64,000 bases of DNA. Source: a bacterium. GTDB lineage: Bacteria > Zhuqueibacterota > Zhuqueibacteria > Oceanimicrobiales > Oceanimicrobiaceae. The position numbers and the translations under genes are program-made. The notes beneath the pieces are model-generated. The model was not told the origin of the DNA. It was given only the letters and a program-made list of their open reading frames with translations, and searched no databases. Positions within the stretch are counted from its first letter, which is position 1. The number at the start of each line of letters is the position of its first letter. Of this stretch, positions 30,432-41,939 are shown piece by piece. The stretch is from contig JBHHXN010000009.1 in assembly GCA_046757025.1 (NCBI GenBank), forward strand, positions 5,738 through 69,737, written 5' to 3'.

Positions 30432-32303
30432 ATGCGGTTGCTACTCATCAATCCAAAATTTCCTGAAAGCTTCTGGAGTTTTAAATGGGCCATTGAAAAC
30501 ATTCTACCGAATAAACGTACGGTCAATCCGCCGCTGGGTTTGGCCACGCTGGCTGCCCTTTGTCCCGAAGAATGGCAGGTGGAAATCATAGATGAAAATA
30601 TTGAGTCGATTCCTTTACAACCCGAAGCTGACATCATCGGTATCTGTGGCATGGGCGTACAATATCAGCGTCAGGTGGAGCTGCTGGCATTTTTTAAAAA
30701 CAAAGGATACTTTGTGGTGGCTGGGGGCAGCTATGCTTCTTTGTGCCCGGAAAAATATGACAAGTTAGCTGACGTGGTGATCGCCGGAGAAGCCGAATAC
30801 ATCTGGAAAGAATTTTGCCGGGATTTTGAATTGAATCAAGTTAAAAAATTGTACCAGGAAACCGGTACCGTCGATTTGAGCGATTCGCCGGTACCGCGTT
30901 TCGATCTGCTCAAATTGCACAATTATAAAGCGGTCAGTTTACAGTACTCCCGCGGCTGCCCATTTCGTTGTGAGTTTTGTGACATCATCGTCATGTTTGG
31001 TCGCAGGCCGCGCACAAAATCGCTGGCACAAGTCGGTCAGGAATTGGATCTGCTCAGAAAACTCAACGTAAAAACTTCGTTTTTCGTGGACGACAATCTC
31101 ATCGGCGACAAACCTCGGGCAAAAAATTTGATGCGGTTTTTGCGCGACTACCAAACGAATCATCATTATCGTTTTCGGTTTGGTACCGAAGTTTCGCTAA
31201 ATCTGGCGCAGGATGATGAGCTGCTGTCGCTGTTTCGACAGGCCAATTTTGCCTGGGTCTTCGTGGGCATCGAATCGACGGATGAGGAGAGTTTGAAGGA
31301 AACCAAAAAATTCCAGAATACCCGCCAGGATATTCTGTCCTCGGTTCGCAAGATTTACACTCATGGAATTGAAATTCTCGCCGGTTTTATTGTAGGTTTC
31401 GATAACGACACTACCGAAACCTTTGAAAAGCAATATCAATTTGTTACCCGGTCTGGCATTCAATCCGCCATGATTGGCTTGCTGACTGCTTTGCCCAAAA
31501 CCCCGCTGTATGAACGCCTCAAAAAAGAGGGTCGTTTAATTGAAGACACGAACGAGTCCGACAATACCAAGTTGGGGACTAATTTCATCCCCCAAAAAAT
31601 GAAATATGAGGAATTGGTGAACGGATATCAGCAACTGCATTTTCGTTTGCTGAACCAACGCAACATCGCCAATAGAATCAAAAACAAAATACGCTATATT
31701 AAAAATCCGGTTTTGTCCAGTGGCGATAAACTGTCTGTTCAACTTAAAATTTTGCGTAATTTTTTGGTGAAAGGATTGCTGCCGGGAGGCTTCCCGCGCT
31801 GGTTCCACTTCGTACGCACGATACCGTTCACCTCGCCCAGATTGATTCCGCTGGTGATTCAGGATTGGATTGTGGGCCTCGCCATGCGGGATTACGTCGA
31901 TCGTCATTTTGTGCAAGAATTTGAAAAAGTGAATCATCTGGCGCACAACTATCTCAAAATCATCGAAAGTACGTTTCAGCGCTATGTGAAGCATGGTGCT
32001 TTGGAAGTGTCTTTTAGCCAGGTAAAAAACAAAGCCGCTGATCTCTCTTTCTCTTTGAAAGGCTGGTTAGACCGGGAGTTTTTTGTGCGCGTCACCCGAC
32101 ACATCGAACAGGTGCTGGAAGACACGGCTTCTTCTATCACGCTACACATTGATGAGCTGCACGAAACGCAATTGAAACATTTGAACCGATTGCTAAAAAA
32201 GCTTTCTCAGCATGGCGACCGAATTTACATCCGTGTGCACGAAAAAGTCCGCCACATTGTGGAAATCGATTCATCCGTTTTTAATCTGGTGCTGGAGGTT
32301 TGA
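30432..32303 (+). CDS. B12-binding radical SAM protein (DUF4070-type) with a C-terminal extension
   Basis: PPLGLATLAA, VAGGSYAS, SRGCPFRCEFC (CxxxCxxC), FVDDN, GIES. Confidence 0.92.
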   Translation: MRLLLINPKFPESFWSFKWAIENILPNKRTVNPPLGLATLAALCPEEWQVEIIDENIESIPLQPEADIIGICGMGVQYQRQVELLAFFKNKGYFVVAGGSYASLCPEKYDKLADVVIAGEAEYIWKEFCRDFELNQVKKLYQETGTVDLSDSPVPRFDLLKLHNYKAVSLQYSRGCPFRCEFCDIIVMFGRRPRTKSLAQVGQELDLLRKLNVKTSFFVDDNLIGDKPRAKNLMRFLRDYQTNHHYRFRFGTEVSLNLAQDDELLSLFRQANFAWVFVGIESTDEESLKETKKFQNTRQDILSSVRKIYTHGIEILAGFIVGFDNDTTETFEKQYQFVTRSGIQSAMIGLLTALPKTPLYERLKKEGRLIEDTNESDNTKLGTNFIPQKMKYEELVNGYQQLHFRLLNQRNIANRIKNKIRYIKNPVLSSGDKLSVQLKILRNFLVKGLLPGGFPRWFHFVRTIPFTSPRLIPLVIQDWIVGLAMRDYVDRHFVQEFEKVNHLAHNYLKIIESTFQRYVKHGALEVSFSQVKNKAADLSFSLKGWLDREFFVRVTRHIEQVLEDTASSITLHIDELHETQLKHLNRLLKKLSQHGDRIYIRVHEKVRHIVEIDSSVFNLVLEV

Positions 32304-32368
32304 GATCGGGTCTGAACGTGACTCCGATTCACCGGAGGGCAGAGGCTGGATGGTAGCATCTTGTTTGA

Positions 32369-32571
32369 TGTAGTGGATGTTGCAAATGAAAAAGGTCCTT
32401 CCATAATGCCGTCGAGCGGCTGTCCCAAAAGTAGTCTTTTATTGTCATTTTGAGGAGCGCAGCGATAAAGAATTTCCAGAGTGGAGCAGAAAATGGCCGT
32501 TCTTTGCTTGGGATCTAAAGGAGACTTTTATCTTATTGGACCGTCCCCTCGCATCAGAAGTATCCACTACA
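32369..32571. repeat. Degenerate nested MITE/REP-like element
   Basis: Outer IR tgtagtggat/atccactaca, inner imperfect IR ggctgtcccaaaag...cttattggaccgtcc, central gtcattttgaggagcgcagcg REP-like unit. Confidence 0.4.
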
Positions 32572-32599
32572 AATAAAATTAATTCAGAACCGTTGGAAA

Positions 32600-33379
32600 A
32601 TGCAAATTCCCATCTACCAAATCGACGCTTTCACCAGTCGGCTGTTTGCGGGCAACCCGGCCGCGGTTTGTCCTTTAAACGCCTGGTTAGAGGAATCGCT
32701 CATGCAAGCCATCGCCACGGAAAACAATTTGTCGGAAACGGCCTTTTTTGTAGCAGAAGGGGAGGGCTACGACTTGCGGTGGTTCACGCCGGTGGCAGAA
32801 GTGGATTTGTGCGGGCACGCCACCCTGGCTTCGGCGTTTGTGATTTTCAATTATCTAGAGCCCGAAAAAGAGCGTGCGGTATTTGAAACCCGCAGCGGTA
32901 AGCTGATAGTCCAACGAACAGACGACCTGCTGTCCATGGATTTTCCTGCGCAACCACCGTCTGCCTGCGACGCACCAGAGCCGCTGCTGGCGGGACTGGG
33001 AACCGAGCCCGTTCGAGTTCTGACGGCAGAAGATTACTTTGTGGTGCTGCAAAATGAACAGGCTGTGCAGGAGCTGCAACCCGATTTACTGCCGTTTAAA
33101 AAGCTGGGCAAACGCGGCGTCATCGTGACGGCACCGGGCGCGAATTCTGATTTTGTTTCGCGGTTTTTTGCACCAAATTACGGCATCGATGAAGATCCGG
33201 TCACCGGCTCCATCCACTGCTCCCTGATTCCGTACTGGTCGCAGGAGCTTTCTAAGAAAAGTTTGTACGCCCGGCAATTATCAACCCGCGGCGGCGAGCT
33301 GTTTTGCGAAGACCGGGGTGAACGGGTCACCATCGCCGGGCGCGCGGTAAAGTTTTTCGAAGGGACGATGGAGCTCTGA
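32600..33379 (+). CDS. PhzF family isomerase
   Basis: IDAFT..GNPAAV, LSETAF, EVDLCGHATLA, EDPVTGS. Confidence 0.95.
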   Translation: MQIPIYQIDAFTSRLFAGNPAAVCPLNAWLEESLMQAIATENNLSETAFFVAEGEGYDLRWFTPVAEVDLCGHATLASAFVIFNYLEPEKERAVFETRSGKLIVQRTDDLLSMDFPAQPPSACDAPEPLLAGLGTEPVRVLTAEDYFVVLQNEQAVQELQPDLLPFKKLGKRGVIVTAPGANSDFVSRFFAPNYGIDEDPVTGSIHCSLIPYWSQELSKKSLYARQLSTRGGELFCEDRGERVTIAGRAVKFFEGTMEL

Positions 33380-33398
33380 TTCGATGAAAACGCGCAAC

Positions 33399-34820
33399 CT
33401 ACTCGGAATAAAATTCAATCACCCGTACAATGGCTGCCTGGCAGACCGGATCGAAAGGCGCCAGGCTGCGCGAAAACATGCGGCAATCCATCGCCGGCCG
33501 AAACAACCCTTTTGAGCTGTAGCCGGCCCCTTCAAAAGCGCCCACCTGACCGTCGTATTTTGAGGTTTTAAACGCTTTCACTTGCTGTTCCCGCAATTGG
33601 TCCCACTTTTCGTAATAGCCTTTTTTGCTGCGATCCCAGGTGGCGCGGATGGCTTCCAGGCTGTCGAAATGCGCTTTGGGCCAGGGCGTGGGCAGCGGCG
33701 TGTTTTTTTTGACAAACGATTTCCATTTGATCTGACTGGCGTCCAGCAACGCGGTTACGTTGGGGGCCACCGGCTCCACACCGGCAGGATAAAAATCCAG
33801 ATAGGCCGTGGAGCTGGTGTAATATTCATCGCCGAGCCCAGCGAACGAATGCCCGAATTCATGCGTAAACATGTATTCCACATGCCAGTCAAAGCTCGGG
33901 TTTTCCCCGTGATTCATGCCGGTGGCGTAAAGATTGTAGATGCCGCCGCCTCCGTAGCGGTCGGAGTTCACCAGAATATAAATGAAATCATAAGGCGCGG
34001 CGGCAGCGATATCGCGAATAGCGCGATTTTCAAAACTCAGAACATAGCGCGGAGAATCGAAGGAATTGTACGAGGCGCCGAGCGCGGTATTTTTCCAGAT
34101 GTTTTTTCGGGGTTCGTCAATGCCAGAATCTTTTGAAATCACTTCGATGGCGCGGATATTCAAACTGCCGGCACGCTCTTTAAATGGCGAGGTGCTCAGG
34201 ATCACTTTTTTCCAGCGTTCGGCATCCTGGCGAAATTGGTTTAAATCGTCGGTGGAATAACCATCGCCCAGTAAAAGAAAATCGACTTTTTCGTGCGGCG
34301 GGCCGTTTTCAAGCAGCGTCATGACCTTGAATTTTGAGGCGGGTTGTTCACGATTTACAAAACGCGAAACGGGATCGATGACAGTTGAAAAGATGTCCTG
34401 AAAGTGCATCCATTTATCGCGTTTTGCCAGCACCACTTGCACCGGTTTTCGCGGAAAGGGCAGCAGCACGCTTTCGTGAAAAGTGCGAAAAATTTCATTC
34501 TGTGCTTCACCCGTGGTTTCCCATTCGCCGTAAATGCTGGCAAAGCCGCGCGAATAAATGAGCTGATTGGTGGCTAAATCAAAAACTTTCACCAGGTATT
34601 TGCCTAAATTCAAAACGTCGATTAGATTTTTCTGGCTGCCAGCCCAGACGCCCTGCTCATAGACTCGGTCTAAACTGATGAATTCTCGGGTGGCGGTGCC
34701 CGTGTGAAAATAATCCACCCGTAAGGTTTTGTTCACGAAAAATTGCTCAAAAGTTGGATGGGGTTGCGCCAGCAAAGTGGCGGCGGTAAGAAGTACGACG
34801 AGTCTAATGAGTGTTTTCAT
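33399..34820 (-). CDS. Peptidase M64 (IgA peptidase-like) secreted metalloprotease
   Basis: Signal peptide, LGDGY, HEFGHSFAGLGDEY, FEGAGY, CRM. Confidence 0.9.
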   Translation of the reverse strand: MKTLIRLVVLLTAATLLAQPHPTFEQFFVNKTLRVDYFHTGTATREFISLDRVYEQGVWAGSQKNLIDVLNLGKYLVKVFDLATNQLIYSRGFASIYGEWETTGEAQNEIFRTFHESVLLPFPRKPVQVVLAKRDKWMHFQDIFSTVIDPVSRFVNREQPASKFKVMTLLENGPPHEKVDFLLLGDGYSTDDLNQFRQDAERWKKVILSTSPFKERAGSLNIRAIEVISKDSGIDEPRKNIWKNTALGASYNSFDSPRYVLSFENRAIRDIAAAAPYDFIYILVNSDRYGGGGIYNLYATGMNHGENPSFDWHVEYMFTHEFGHSFAGLGDEYYTSSTAYLDFYPAGVEPVAPNVTALLDASQIKWKSFVKKNTPLPTPWPKAHFDSLEAIRATWDRSKKGYYEKWDQLREQQVKAFKTSKYDGQVGAFEGAGYSSKGLFRPAMDCRMFSRSLAPFDPVCQAAIVRVIEFYSE

Positions 34821-35289
34821 AAGCAGGTCCTCCCAAAATTTTCATTGTGTTCAAGTTTTTAAATTTGTCATGAACCAGATTTTCGATCACACTTAAAATT
34901 AATCAACAAAATCGCTGTAATTTATTTGAATAAAAATGCCACTCGCTGCGTTTGTCCTGAATATAAAAAAGTAGAAAAGAATAACAATAAGATTTTTTTA
35001 CTTTATGATCGTTACTGTTAAGCCTGTTTTGTCATCCCGTTGGGATTTGGTTTGCTATTTAGCTCTTATTTGTTTGGTTAAATAATTTTCAATCTCAAAA
35101 AAGCTCCAGCAATTGCGGGAGGGGCGGTTGAACAGGTACTTACGATCAATCCAAAAACCAAACCAGCAAAAAAAGGTAAGATCCATAAAACTCTAAAAAT
35201 TGCTTTTAAAACTCCTGGCAATTTTATATATTTGATTTCACAGTTTGATGACCGAAATGTAATTCGACAAATAAACTTCTGGAGGGGAA

Positions 35290-36999
35290 ATGAGTACAGG
35301 AAGAAAAAAATGCGTTTTTTATGCCCTGCTGCTGATCATTCCGCTAATTGTTTCAAATCCGCTTTCAGCTAAAAAATGGCCGGTGTATGCCCAACACGGC
35401 ATGGTGGTTTCTACTGAGCAAATCGCTTCCCGGGTCGGCATGGAAATTTTGAAAAAGGGCGGCAACGCTGTGGATGCCGCCGTCGCCACCGGCTTTGCCC
35501 TGGCCGTGGTGCATCCGGCAGCGGGAAATATCGGCGGCGGCGGCTTCATGGTCATCCGATTTGCCGACGGCGTCACCACCGCTGTGGACTATCGCGAAAA
35601 AGCCCCAATTGCGGCACACGAAAAAATGTTTTTGAATGAGAAAGGCAACGTCATCCGGAACAGCAACCACCGGGGTTATTTAGCCGTGGGGGTGCCTGGC
35701 ACCGTGGCTGGAATGACGCTGGCTCTGGAAAAATACGGTACTCTTTCTCTGAAAGAAGTTCTGAAGCCAGCTATAAAATTGGCCGAAAAAGGCTTTGTAG
35801 TTTCCCATGCCATGAGCCAGGATTTCTCTAGATTATTTGATCTGTTTCAGCGCTACCCCGCCTCAAAAAAAGTTTTTTTGAAGGAGGACGGTGCGCCCTA
35901 TCAGACTGGCGAAATTTTCAAACAAAAAGATCTGGCAGCCACTCTGAAGCGAATCGCAAAAAAAGGCCGCGACGGTTTCTACAAAGGCAAAACCGCCGAG
36001 CTGATCGAAAGAGATATGCAAAGAAATGGAGGCATCATTACCCGGGAAGATTTGGCCGCGTATCGCGCAGTCATCCGTAAACCCATTGAAGTCACCTATC
36101 GCGGCTATTCGGTCTTTTCCATGCCGCCGCCGAGCTCGGGCGGCGTTTCACTGGCCATTATGCTCAATATTTTAGAGAATTATGATTTGGCCGCACTCGG
36201 ACACAATTCAGCAGCTTACATTCATCTGGTGGCAGAAGCCATGCGCCGTGCCTTCGCCGAACGCGCCCTGCATCTAGGCGATCCGGATTTCAACCCAAAG
36301 ATGCCGGTGGAAAAGCTAATTTCAAAGGAATATGCAAGAGAGCTGAGCCAAAGCATCGACATGACACGGGCTTCGAAAAGCGATCCTGACAGATTCAATT
36401 GGAGTTATGAATCGGATGAAACCACGCATTATTCGGTGGTGGACGCTCGCGGCAATGCGGTGTCGAACACCTTCACCTTAGAGCAATGGTACGGAACCAA
36501 GATCGTGGCCGACGGTCTGGGATTTTTATACAACAACGAGATGGGCGATTTTAACGCCTGGCCCGGGCACACCGATTCCACAGGCTTGATCGGTACCCGT
36601 CCCAATCTCATCCAGCCCGGAAAACGCATGCTTTCGAGCATGACGCCAACCATCGTTGCCAGGGATAACAAGACTCTTCTGGTTACGGGCAGTCCGGGAG
36701 GTAGAACCATCATCAATACGGTTTTGCAAACGATTTTAAATGTGGTGGATTTTGAAATGAATGTTTTCGAAGCGGTGGACGCGCCGCGCTTTCATCATCA
36801 GTGGTTGCCGGATGTCATTCGTTTGGAAAAGTGGGGTTTTTCAAATGACTCCGTTGCGCTGTTAAATCAGATGGGGCATCAAACAAACTGGTACCGAACC
36901 CAGGGGCGCGCCATGGCCATTCAGATCGACCCGGAAACCGGCTTCAAGCTGGGCGCCGGCGACCCCCGAAGTCCGAACCGCGGCGCGGTCGGTTACTGA
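35290..36999 (+). CDS. ggt: Gamma-glutamyltransferase
   Basis: [46 protein letters not shown]. Confidence 0.96.
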   Translation: MSTGRKKCVFYALLLIIPLIVSNPLSAKKWPVYAQHGMVVSTEQIASRVGMEILKKGGNAVDAAVATGFALAVVHPAAGNIGGGGFMVIRFADGVTTAVDYREKAPIAAHEKMFLNEKGNVIRNSNHRGYLAVGVPGTVAGMTLALEKYGTLSLKEVLKPAIKLAEKGFVVSHAMSQDFSRLFDLFQRYPASKKVFLKEDGAPYQTGEIFKQKDLAATLKRIAKKGRDGFYKGKTAELIERDMQRNGGIITREDLAAYRAVIRKPIEVTYRGYSVFSMPPPSSGGVSLAIMLNILENYDLAALGHNSAAYIHLVAEAMRRAFAERALHLGDPDFNPKMPVEKLISKEYARELSQSIDMTRASKSDPDRFNWSYESDETTHYSVVDARGNAVSNTFTLEQWYGTKIVADGLGFLYNNEMGDFNAWPGHTDSTGLIGTRPNLIQPGKRMLSSMTPTIVARDNKTLLVTGSPGGRTIINTVLQTILNVVDFEMNVFEAVDAPRFHHQWLPDVIRLEKWGFSNDSVALLNQMGHQTNWYRTQGRAMAIQIDPETGFKLGAGDPRSPNRGAVGY

Positions 37000-37046
37000 A
37001 TTTGGCAAAAGTGAGTTTGGATTTATTATGATTTTTCAGGAGAAAG

Positions 37047-39887
37047 ATGTCAGGTAAAATCATCATAAAAGGTGCCAGAGAGCACAATTTAAGAAATATA
37101 GATATTGAAATTCCTCGGGATAAGCTGGTGGTTATCACCGGCATTTCGGGGTCCGGCAAATCGTCACTGGCATTTGACACGATTTATGCGGAAGGGCAAA
37201 GACGCTACGTAGAGTCGTTATCCGCGTATGCCCGGCAATTTCTGGGTTTGATGGAAAAGCCCGATGTGGATTACATAGAAGGGTTATCGCCGGCCATTTC
37301 CATCGAGCAACGAAAAGCCAGCCAAAATCCCCGCTCCACAGTGGGAACGGTTACCGAAATTTATGACTATTTGCGATTGCTTTTCGCTCGCATCGGCAAA
37401 CCGTACTGCTATAATTGCGGCAAACCCATTCAACGGCAGACGGTGCAGCAAATTGTAGATAACGTGCTCGAACTGCCGCCGGGTACCAGAATTCAAGTGC
37501 TGGCGCCCATCATTCGCGGCCGCAAGGGAGAATATCGCGAGGTGTTTGAAGAAGCGCGCCGGGATGGATTCGTGCGCGTGCGCGTGGACGGCACCATTTA
37601 CGAATTGTCCACAGACATAAAGATAGAGAAAAATAAAAAGCACGATATCGCGATCATCGTCGATCGCCTGGTGGTGGATCCGAAAATCGACCGGCGATTG
37701 GCGGATTCGCTGGAGACCGCCCTGGGCATCGCCTCCGGTCTGGTTTTGATAGATGTTTTGAATGGCACCGGCAAAGAATCCGGCCGAGAGTTGTTTTTTA
37801 GCGAACACTTTGCCTGTGTGGATTGCGGTATCTCGTACGAAGAACTGGCGCCGCGTATGTTTTCCTTTAACAGCCCTTACGGCGCATGTCCGGAATGCAA
37901 CGGTTTGGGCACGAAAATGGAAGTGGATCCCGATCTGGTGGTCAGCAATCCGGCCCTGACTTTGCGGGAAGGCGCGGTGGCGCCCATCGGTGAAAGTCGC
38001 AATGGTTGGTATTTTAATCAACTGCAATCGGTGGCAGCACATTACGGTTTTGATCTCGACACGCCCTGGGAAAAATTGCCTTCTGAACATCAAAACATCA
38101 TTTTGAAAGGCTCAAATGGCGAAGAAATCAAATTCATTTATAAGCGGGAGTCGAGAAAGGTTCACGCGGAGTTCACCTCAAAATACGAGGGGGTGATCCA
38201 CAATTTAGAGCGGCGTTACAAACAAACCGAATCCCAGCATATCCGAAACTGGATTGAAGATTTTATGAATGTAAAATTCTGCCCTGCCTGCCAGGGAGCG
38301 CGTTTGCGAAAAGAAGCCCTGTCTGTCCGCATCGGCGATAAAAATATTCAAAAGTTAACCGCGCTTTCCATACGGCAAGCGTTTGATTTTTTTGCAAAAT
38401 TAAAATTAAACCGGCGCGAACAAACCATCGCCCGTCAAATTTTAAAAGAGATTCGGGAACGACTGGGATTTTTAGTAAATGTGGGATTGGACTATCTTAC
38501 GCTCGACCGCAGCGCCGGCACCCTCTCCGGCGGTGAAGCTCAACGCATTCGATTAGCCACCCAGGTGGGCTCGCAGTTGGTGGGGGTGCTTTACATTCTT
38601 GATGAGCCCTCCATCGGTTTGCACCAGCGCGACAATCAGCGCTTGCTGGACACATTGCTGCGGTTGCGCGATCTCGGAAACACGGTTCTGGTGGTGGAGC
38701 ACGACCGCGAAACCATTGAAAAAGCCGATTACGTCATCGATTTGGGGCCGGGCGCCGGCGTACACGGCGGTCAGGTGGTGGCCACGGGCAAACCCGAACA
38801 GATAATCAATAATCCCGCTTCTCTCACCGGCCAGTATCTTTCCCACAAGAAAATGATACCTACGCCCCCAAAGCGCCGAACTAGCAACAAAAAATTCATC
38901 ACCTTAAAGGGCGCCGCCGGCAACAATCTGAAAAAAGTGGATGTAAAAATTCCATTGGGTGTGTTTAACTGCGTAACCGGCGTCTCGGGTTCTGGTAAAA
39001 GTACGCTCATAAACGAAACCCTTTACCGAATTCTGTCGAGAAAGTTTTACAAAAGCAAAACCGCGCCCTTGCCGTATGAATCCATCACAGGCTTGGAATT
39101 CATCGACAAGGTCATCGACATCGATCAGTCGCCCATCGGCAGGACGCCGCGCTCCAATCCAGCAACCTACACCGGATTATTCAATTACATCCGCGATCTG
39201 TTTGCTCAGCTTCCTGAAGCAAAAATTCGTGGTTACAAACCCGGACGTTTCAGTTTTAATGTCAAAGGCGGACGTTGTGAAGCGTGCCAGGGAGACGGCC
39301 TCATCAAAATCGAGATGCACTTCCTACCAGACGTTTATGTGCATTGCGAGGTTTGTAAAGGCAAACGCTACAACCGAGAAACTCTGGAAATTAAGTATAA
39401 GGGCAAATCCATCGCGCAAGTGTTGGACATGACCGTTAGCGAAGCGCTGAGCTTTTTTGAAAACATCCCGCGAATAAAAAGAAAGCTGCAAACGCTTTTT
39501 GACGTCGGCCTTGGGTATATCCACCTGGGCCAACAGGCCACCACGTTGTCGGGCGGTGAAGCCCAGAGAGTGAAACTTTCCACCGAACTCTCAAAAGTCA
39601 GCACCAGCCAGACTCTGTACATTTTGGACGAGCCCACAACCGGCCTCCATTTTGAAGACATCAAAATGCTGTTGAGCGTGCTGAATAAATTGGTGGACAA
39701 AGGCAATACCGTCATCGTCATCGAGCACAATTTGGACGTCATAAAAACGGCCGATCACATCGTCGATTTGGGTCCGGAGGGCGGCGACGAAGGTGGACGC
39801 ATTATCGCAGCCGGCAGTCCGGAAAAAGTGGCGAAATCAGAGAAATCTTACACTGGTCAATTCCTGCGGGACGAATTAGGCGTTTAG
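37047..39887 (+). CDS. uvrA: Excinuclease ABC subunit UvrA
   Basis: GAREHNL, two Walker A motifs, LSGGEAQR twice, zinc fingers. Confidence 0.99.
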   Translation: MSGKIIIKGAREHNLRNIDIEIPRDKLVVITGISGSGKSSLAFDTIYAEGQRRYVESLSAYARQFLGLMEKPDVDYIEGLSPAISIEQRKASQNPRSTVGTVTEIYDYLRLLFARIGKPYCYNCGKPIQRQTVQQIVDNVLELPPGTRIQVLAPIIRGRKGEYREVFEEARRDGFVRVRVDGTIYELSTDIKIEKNKKHDIAIIVDRLVVDPKIDRRLADSLETALGIASGLVLIDVLNGTGKESGRELFFSEHFACVDCGISYEELAPRMFSFNSPYGACPECNGLGTKMEVDPDLVVSNPALTLREGAVAPIGESRNGWYFNQLQSVAAHYGFDLDTPWEKLPSEHQNIILKGSNGEEIKFIYKRESRKVHAEFTSKYEGVIHNLERRYKQTESQHIRNWIEDFMNVKFCPACQGARLRKEALSVRIGDKNIQKLTALSIRQAFDFFAKLKLNRREQTIARQILKEIRERLGFLVNVGLDYLTLDRSAGTLSGGEAQRIRLATQVGSQLVGVLYILDEPSIGLHQRDNQRLLDTLLRLRDLGNTVLVVEHDRETIEKADYVIDLGPGAGVHGGQVVATGKPEQIINNPASLTGQYLSHKKMIPTPPKRRTSNKKFITLKGAAGNNLKKVDVKIPLGVFNCVTGVSGSGKSTLINETLYRILSRKFYKSKTAPLPYESITGLEFIDKVIDIDQSPIGRTPRSNPATYTGLFNYIRDLFAQLPEAKIRGYKPGRFSFNVKGGRCEACQGDGLIKIEMHFLPDVYVHCEVCKGKRYNRETLEIKYKGKSIAQVLDMTVSEALSFFENIPRIKRKLQTLFDVGLGYIHLGQQATTLSGGEAQRVKLSTELSKVSTSQTLYILDEPTTGLHFEDIKMLLSVLNKLVDKGNTVIVIEHNLDVIKTADHIVDLGPEGGDEGGRIIAAGSPEKVAKSEKSYTGQFLRDELGV

Positions 39888-39986
39888 CGCTAAACAAAAA
39901 CAAATTTTTGTCGAGAGGTTTAGACGTCGGCTGTGAGAAATCGAAGAGCTCGACATTGATATTAAATTGCATAATGACAAAAAATC

Positions 39987-41174
39987 ATGCCCACTGAAAA
40001 GTTTGACAAATTAAAAGACCAGATCAAGAGCATCAAATCTACGGGATTGCTTACAAAGCGGAAGCATAAAATTGCCTTGTGTCTGGCTGGCGGCGGCATT
40101 ACCGGCTCCATGTATGAGGTTGGCTGTTTAACGGCGATGGACGATTTTTTCGAACCGCCTTCCTGTGTCAATCAATTTGATATTTTTGTGGGAACCAGTG
40201 CGGGGGCCATCATTTCTGCGCTCATCGCCAATGGTTATCAACCGCGGGAATTGTTCGAAGGCATCACACAGGATTCCGACACGGGTTTTAATTTTAGAAA
40301 AAAAAATATCTACACTTTGAAATGGGGGGAAATATTCAAAGCGTTCGTGCCACTGTTCAAAAGATTTTTTAGCCTGGTTAAATATGGCTGGAAAAATCGT
40401 AAACAAGCTTCGCTCATGGATTTGTTTTCGATCATGCAGGAATTCATGCCGCCCGGAATTTTTTCATTGAGCAATTTGGATAAATTTGTGGCGGGCCTGT
40501 GCTACCCTGAAGGCAAAACCAACGATTTTCGCAATCTGGAAAAAGAATTGTACATCACGGCCACCGATCTGGATAGCGGTCAGCGCTGCGTGTTTGGAGA
40601 AGAAAACACCAATGACGTGCCTATTTCCAAAGCCGTGGCTGCTTCCGCCGCCATCCCCGTCTTTTTTCGCCCGTTCAACATCAACGGGCGGGAGTTTATT
40701 GACGGCTCCACCAGTAAGGTCTCCCACATCGATGTGGCCTTAAAACATGGCGCCAGATTGATCATCGTCATCAATCCCACGGTGCCGTTTGAAAACGATT
40801 TGAGTATGGTCTGTTTACCTACCTTTGATGGAGAATGCGCCCGCCTCTCTCAAAAAGGCATGGGATTCATCAGCGATCAGGCACGCAGAATTGAAACCAA
40901 AACCCGTTTTGACCTGGGCTTCGAGCGGTTTAAAAACGATCATCCGGAAGTGGATTTTCTGGTCATCCAGCCCAAATCTTCCGACTCGCTTCTGTTCATC
41001 CGCAGTGTAATGGATTTTGAATCCAGAAAAATCGTTCTCAATTATGGCTATAACTCAACCATGAATTTTCTTGAGGAAAATTTTGAGACGGTGCAAGCGG
41101 TTTTTGAAAAACACGGGATTAAAATCAATTCTGACCGATTGAAAAATAAATTGGAATCTCAGCAGAAAGCGTAA
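39987..41174 (+). CDS. Patatin-like phospholipase
   Basis: GGGITG, GTSAG, AASAAIP, FIDG. Confidence 0.9.
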   Translation: MPTEKFDKLKDQIKSIKSTGLLTKRKHKIALCLAGGGITGSMYEVGCLTAMDDFFEPPSCVNQFDIFVGTSAGAIISALIANGYQPRELFEGITQDSDTGFNFRKKNIYTLKWGEIFKAFVPLFKRFFSLVKYGWKNRKQASLMDLFSIMQEFMPPGIFSLSNLDKFVAGLCYPEGKTNDFRNLEKELYITATDLDSGQRCVFGEENTNDVPISKAVAASAAIPVFFRPFNINGREFIDGSTSKVSHIDVALKHGARLIIVINPTVPFENDLSMVCLPTFDGECARLSQKGMGFISDQARRIETKTRFDLGFERFKNDHPEVDFLVIQPKSSDSLLFIRSVMDFESRKIVLNYGYNSTMNFLEENFETVQAVFEKHGIKINSDRLKNKLESQQKA

Positions 41175-41194
41175 GATGAATTCTTCGCGAAGGC

Positions 41195-41229
41195 AAAAAA
41201 ATGGCCAGTATCGCATGCGAATACTGGCC
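41195..41229 (-). terminator. Terminator between the convergent patatin and receiver genes
   Basis: ggccagtat...atactggcc hairpin with T-run on the minus strand. Confidence 0.7.
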
Positions 41230-41328
41230 TCCCCCTAATCCCGGTATGAAGTAAATAACACGTAGTTAGATTACTTATACGCTTCCAAGTTGTCTGTGCT
41301 AGATGTGTGTGAGGATTAAGGAAATTTA

Positions 41329-41703
41329 TTAAGCCGCGGCGGCTAATTTTTTTACATTGGTTATCAAACTTTTGTTTTTTATGGGTCGATATAAGACCTC
41401 GTCTGCACCATTTTGTTGAATTTCTATTTCCTTTTCCCGGTCTTTCGTGTCTAAAATCGTAACCACTTTCAAGTCATGATATTTTCGTTTTACTTTTTTG
41501 ATGAAGTCAATCCCGGTTTTGCCGTTGTTTTTGAAGTGGTTTAAATTGTAGTCCATGAGCAAAATCTCAGGTCGGATTTTTCTGAGCATATACATGGCGG
41601 ATTCCACGTTTTCAGCGATTTCCACTCGATAGACATCACAAAGAGCCAAGTAAATTTGCATTTGTGAGCCGAGTTCCTCATTCAGCATGATGATCGTCGT
41701 CAT
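41329..41703 (-). CDS. Stand-alone atypical receiver-domain protein
   Basis: RPEILLMDYNL, TGIDF, GADEVLYRP; several catalytic residues are degenerate. Confidence 0.8.
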   Translation of the reverse strand: MTTIIMLNEELGSQMQIYLALCDVYRVEIAENVESAMYMLRKIRPEILLMDYNLNHFKNNGKTGIDFIKKVKRKYHDLKVVTILDTKDREKEIEIQQNGADEVLYRPIKNKSLITNVKKLAAAA

Positions 41704-41939
41704 AAAAATTGAATTTTTACCAGAGTTGCAGTTTCGGAGACGTTCAATTTTTTAACTTTAAAGTAGATTCAATTTGTTAATTTTGCGTAAAAACAAAAAT
41801 GTAAAATGTAGAAAAAAAACACTCCATGTTGAATGGCGTGGGGAAAAAGGAAAAATCAGAATGGATTTAAATGAACGGGTGGCGATGCGGCTAAATTCAA
41901 TAGTAAAAGATAATTGAAATAATGAGCGGCCGTCTGTAA

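Noticed and set aside
37284-38093. 269-aa antisense ORF inside uvrA, and similar long antisense ORFs in the M64, DUF5916 and helicase genes
   Set aside because: Typical codon-bias shadow ORFs with no protein-like motifs
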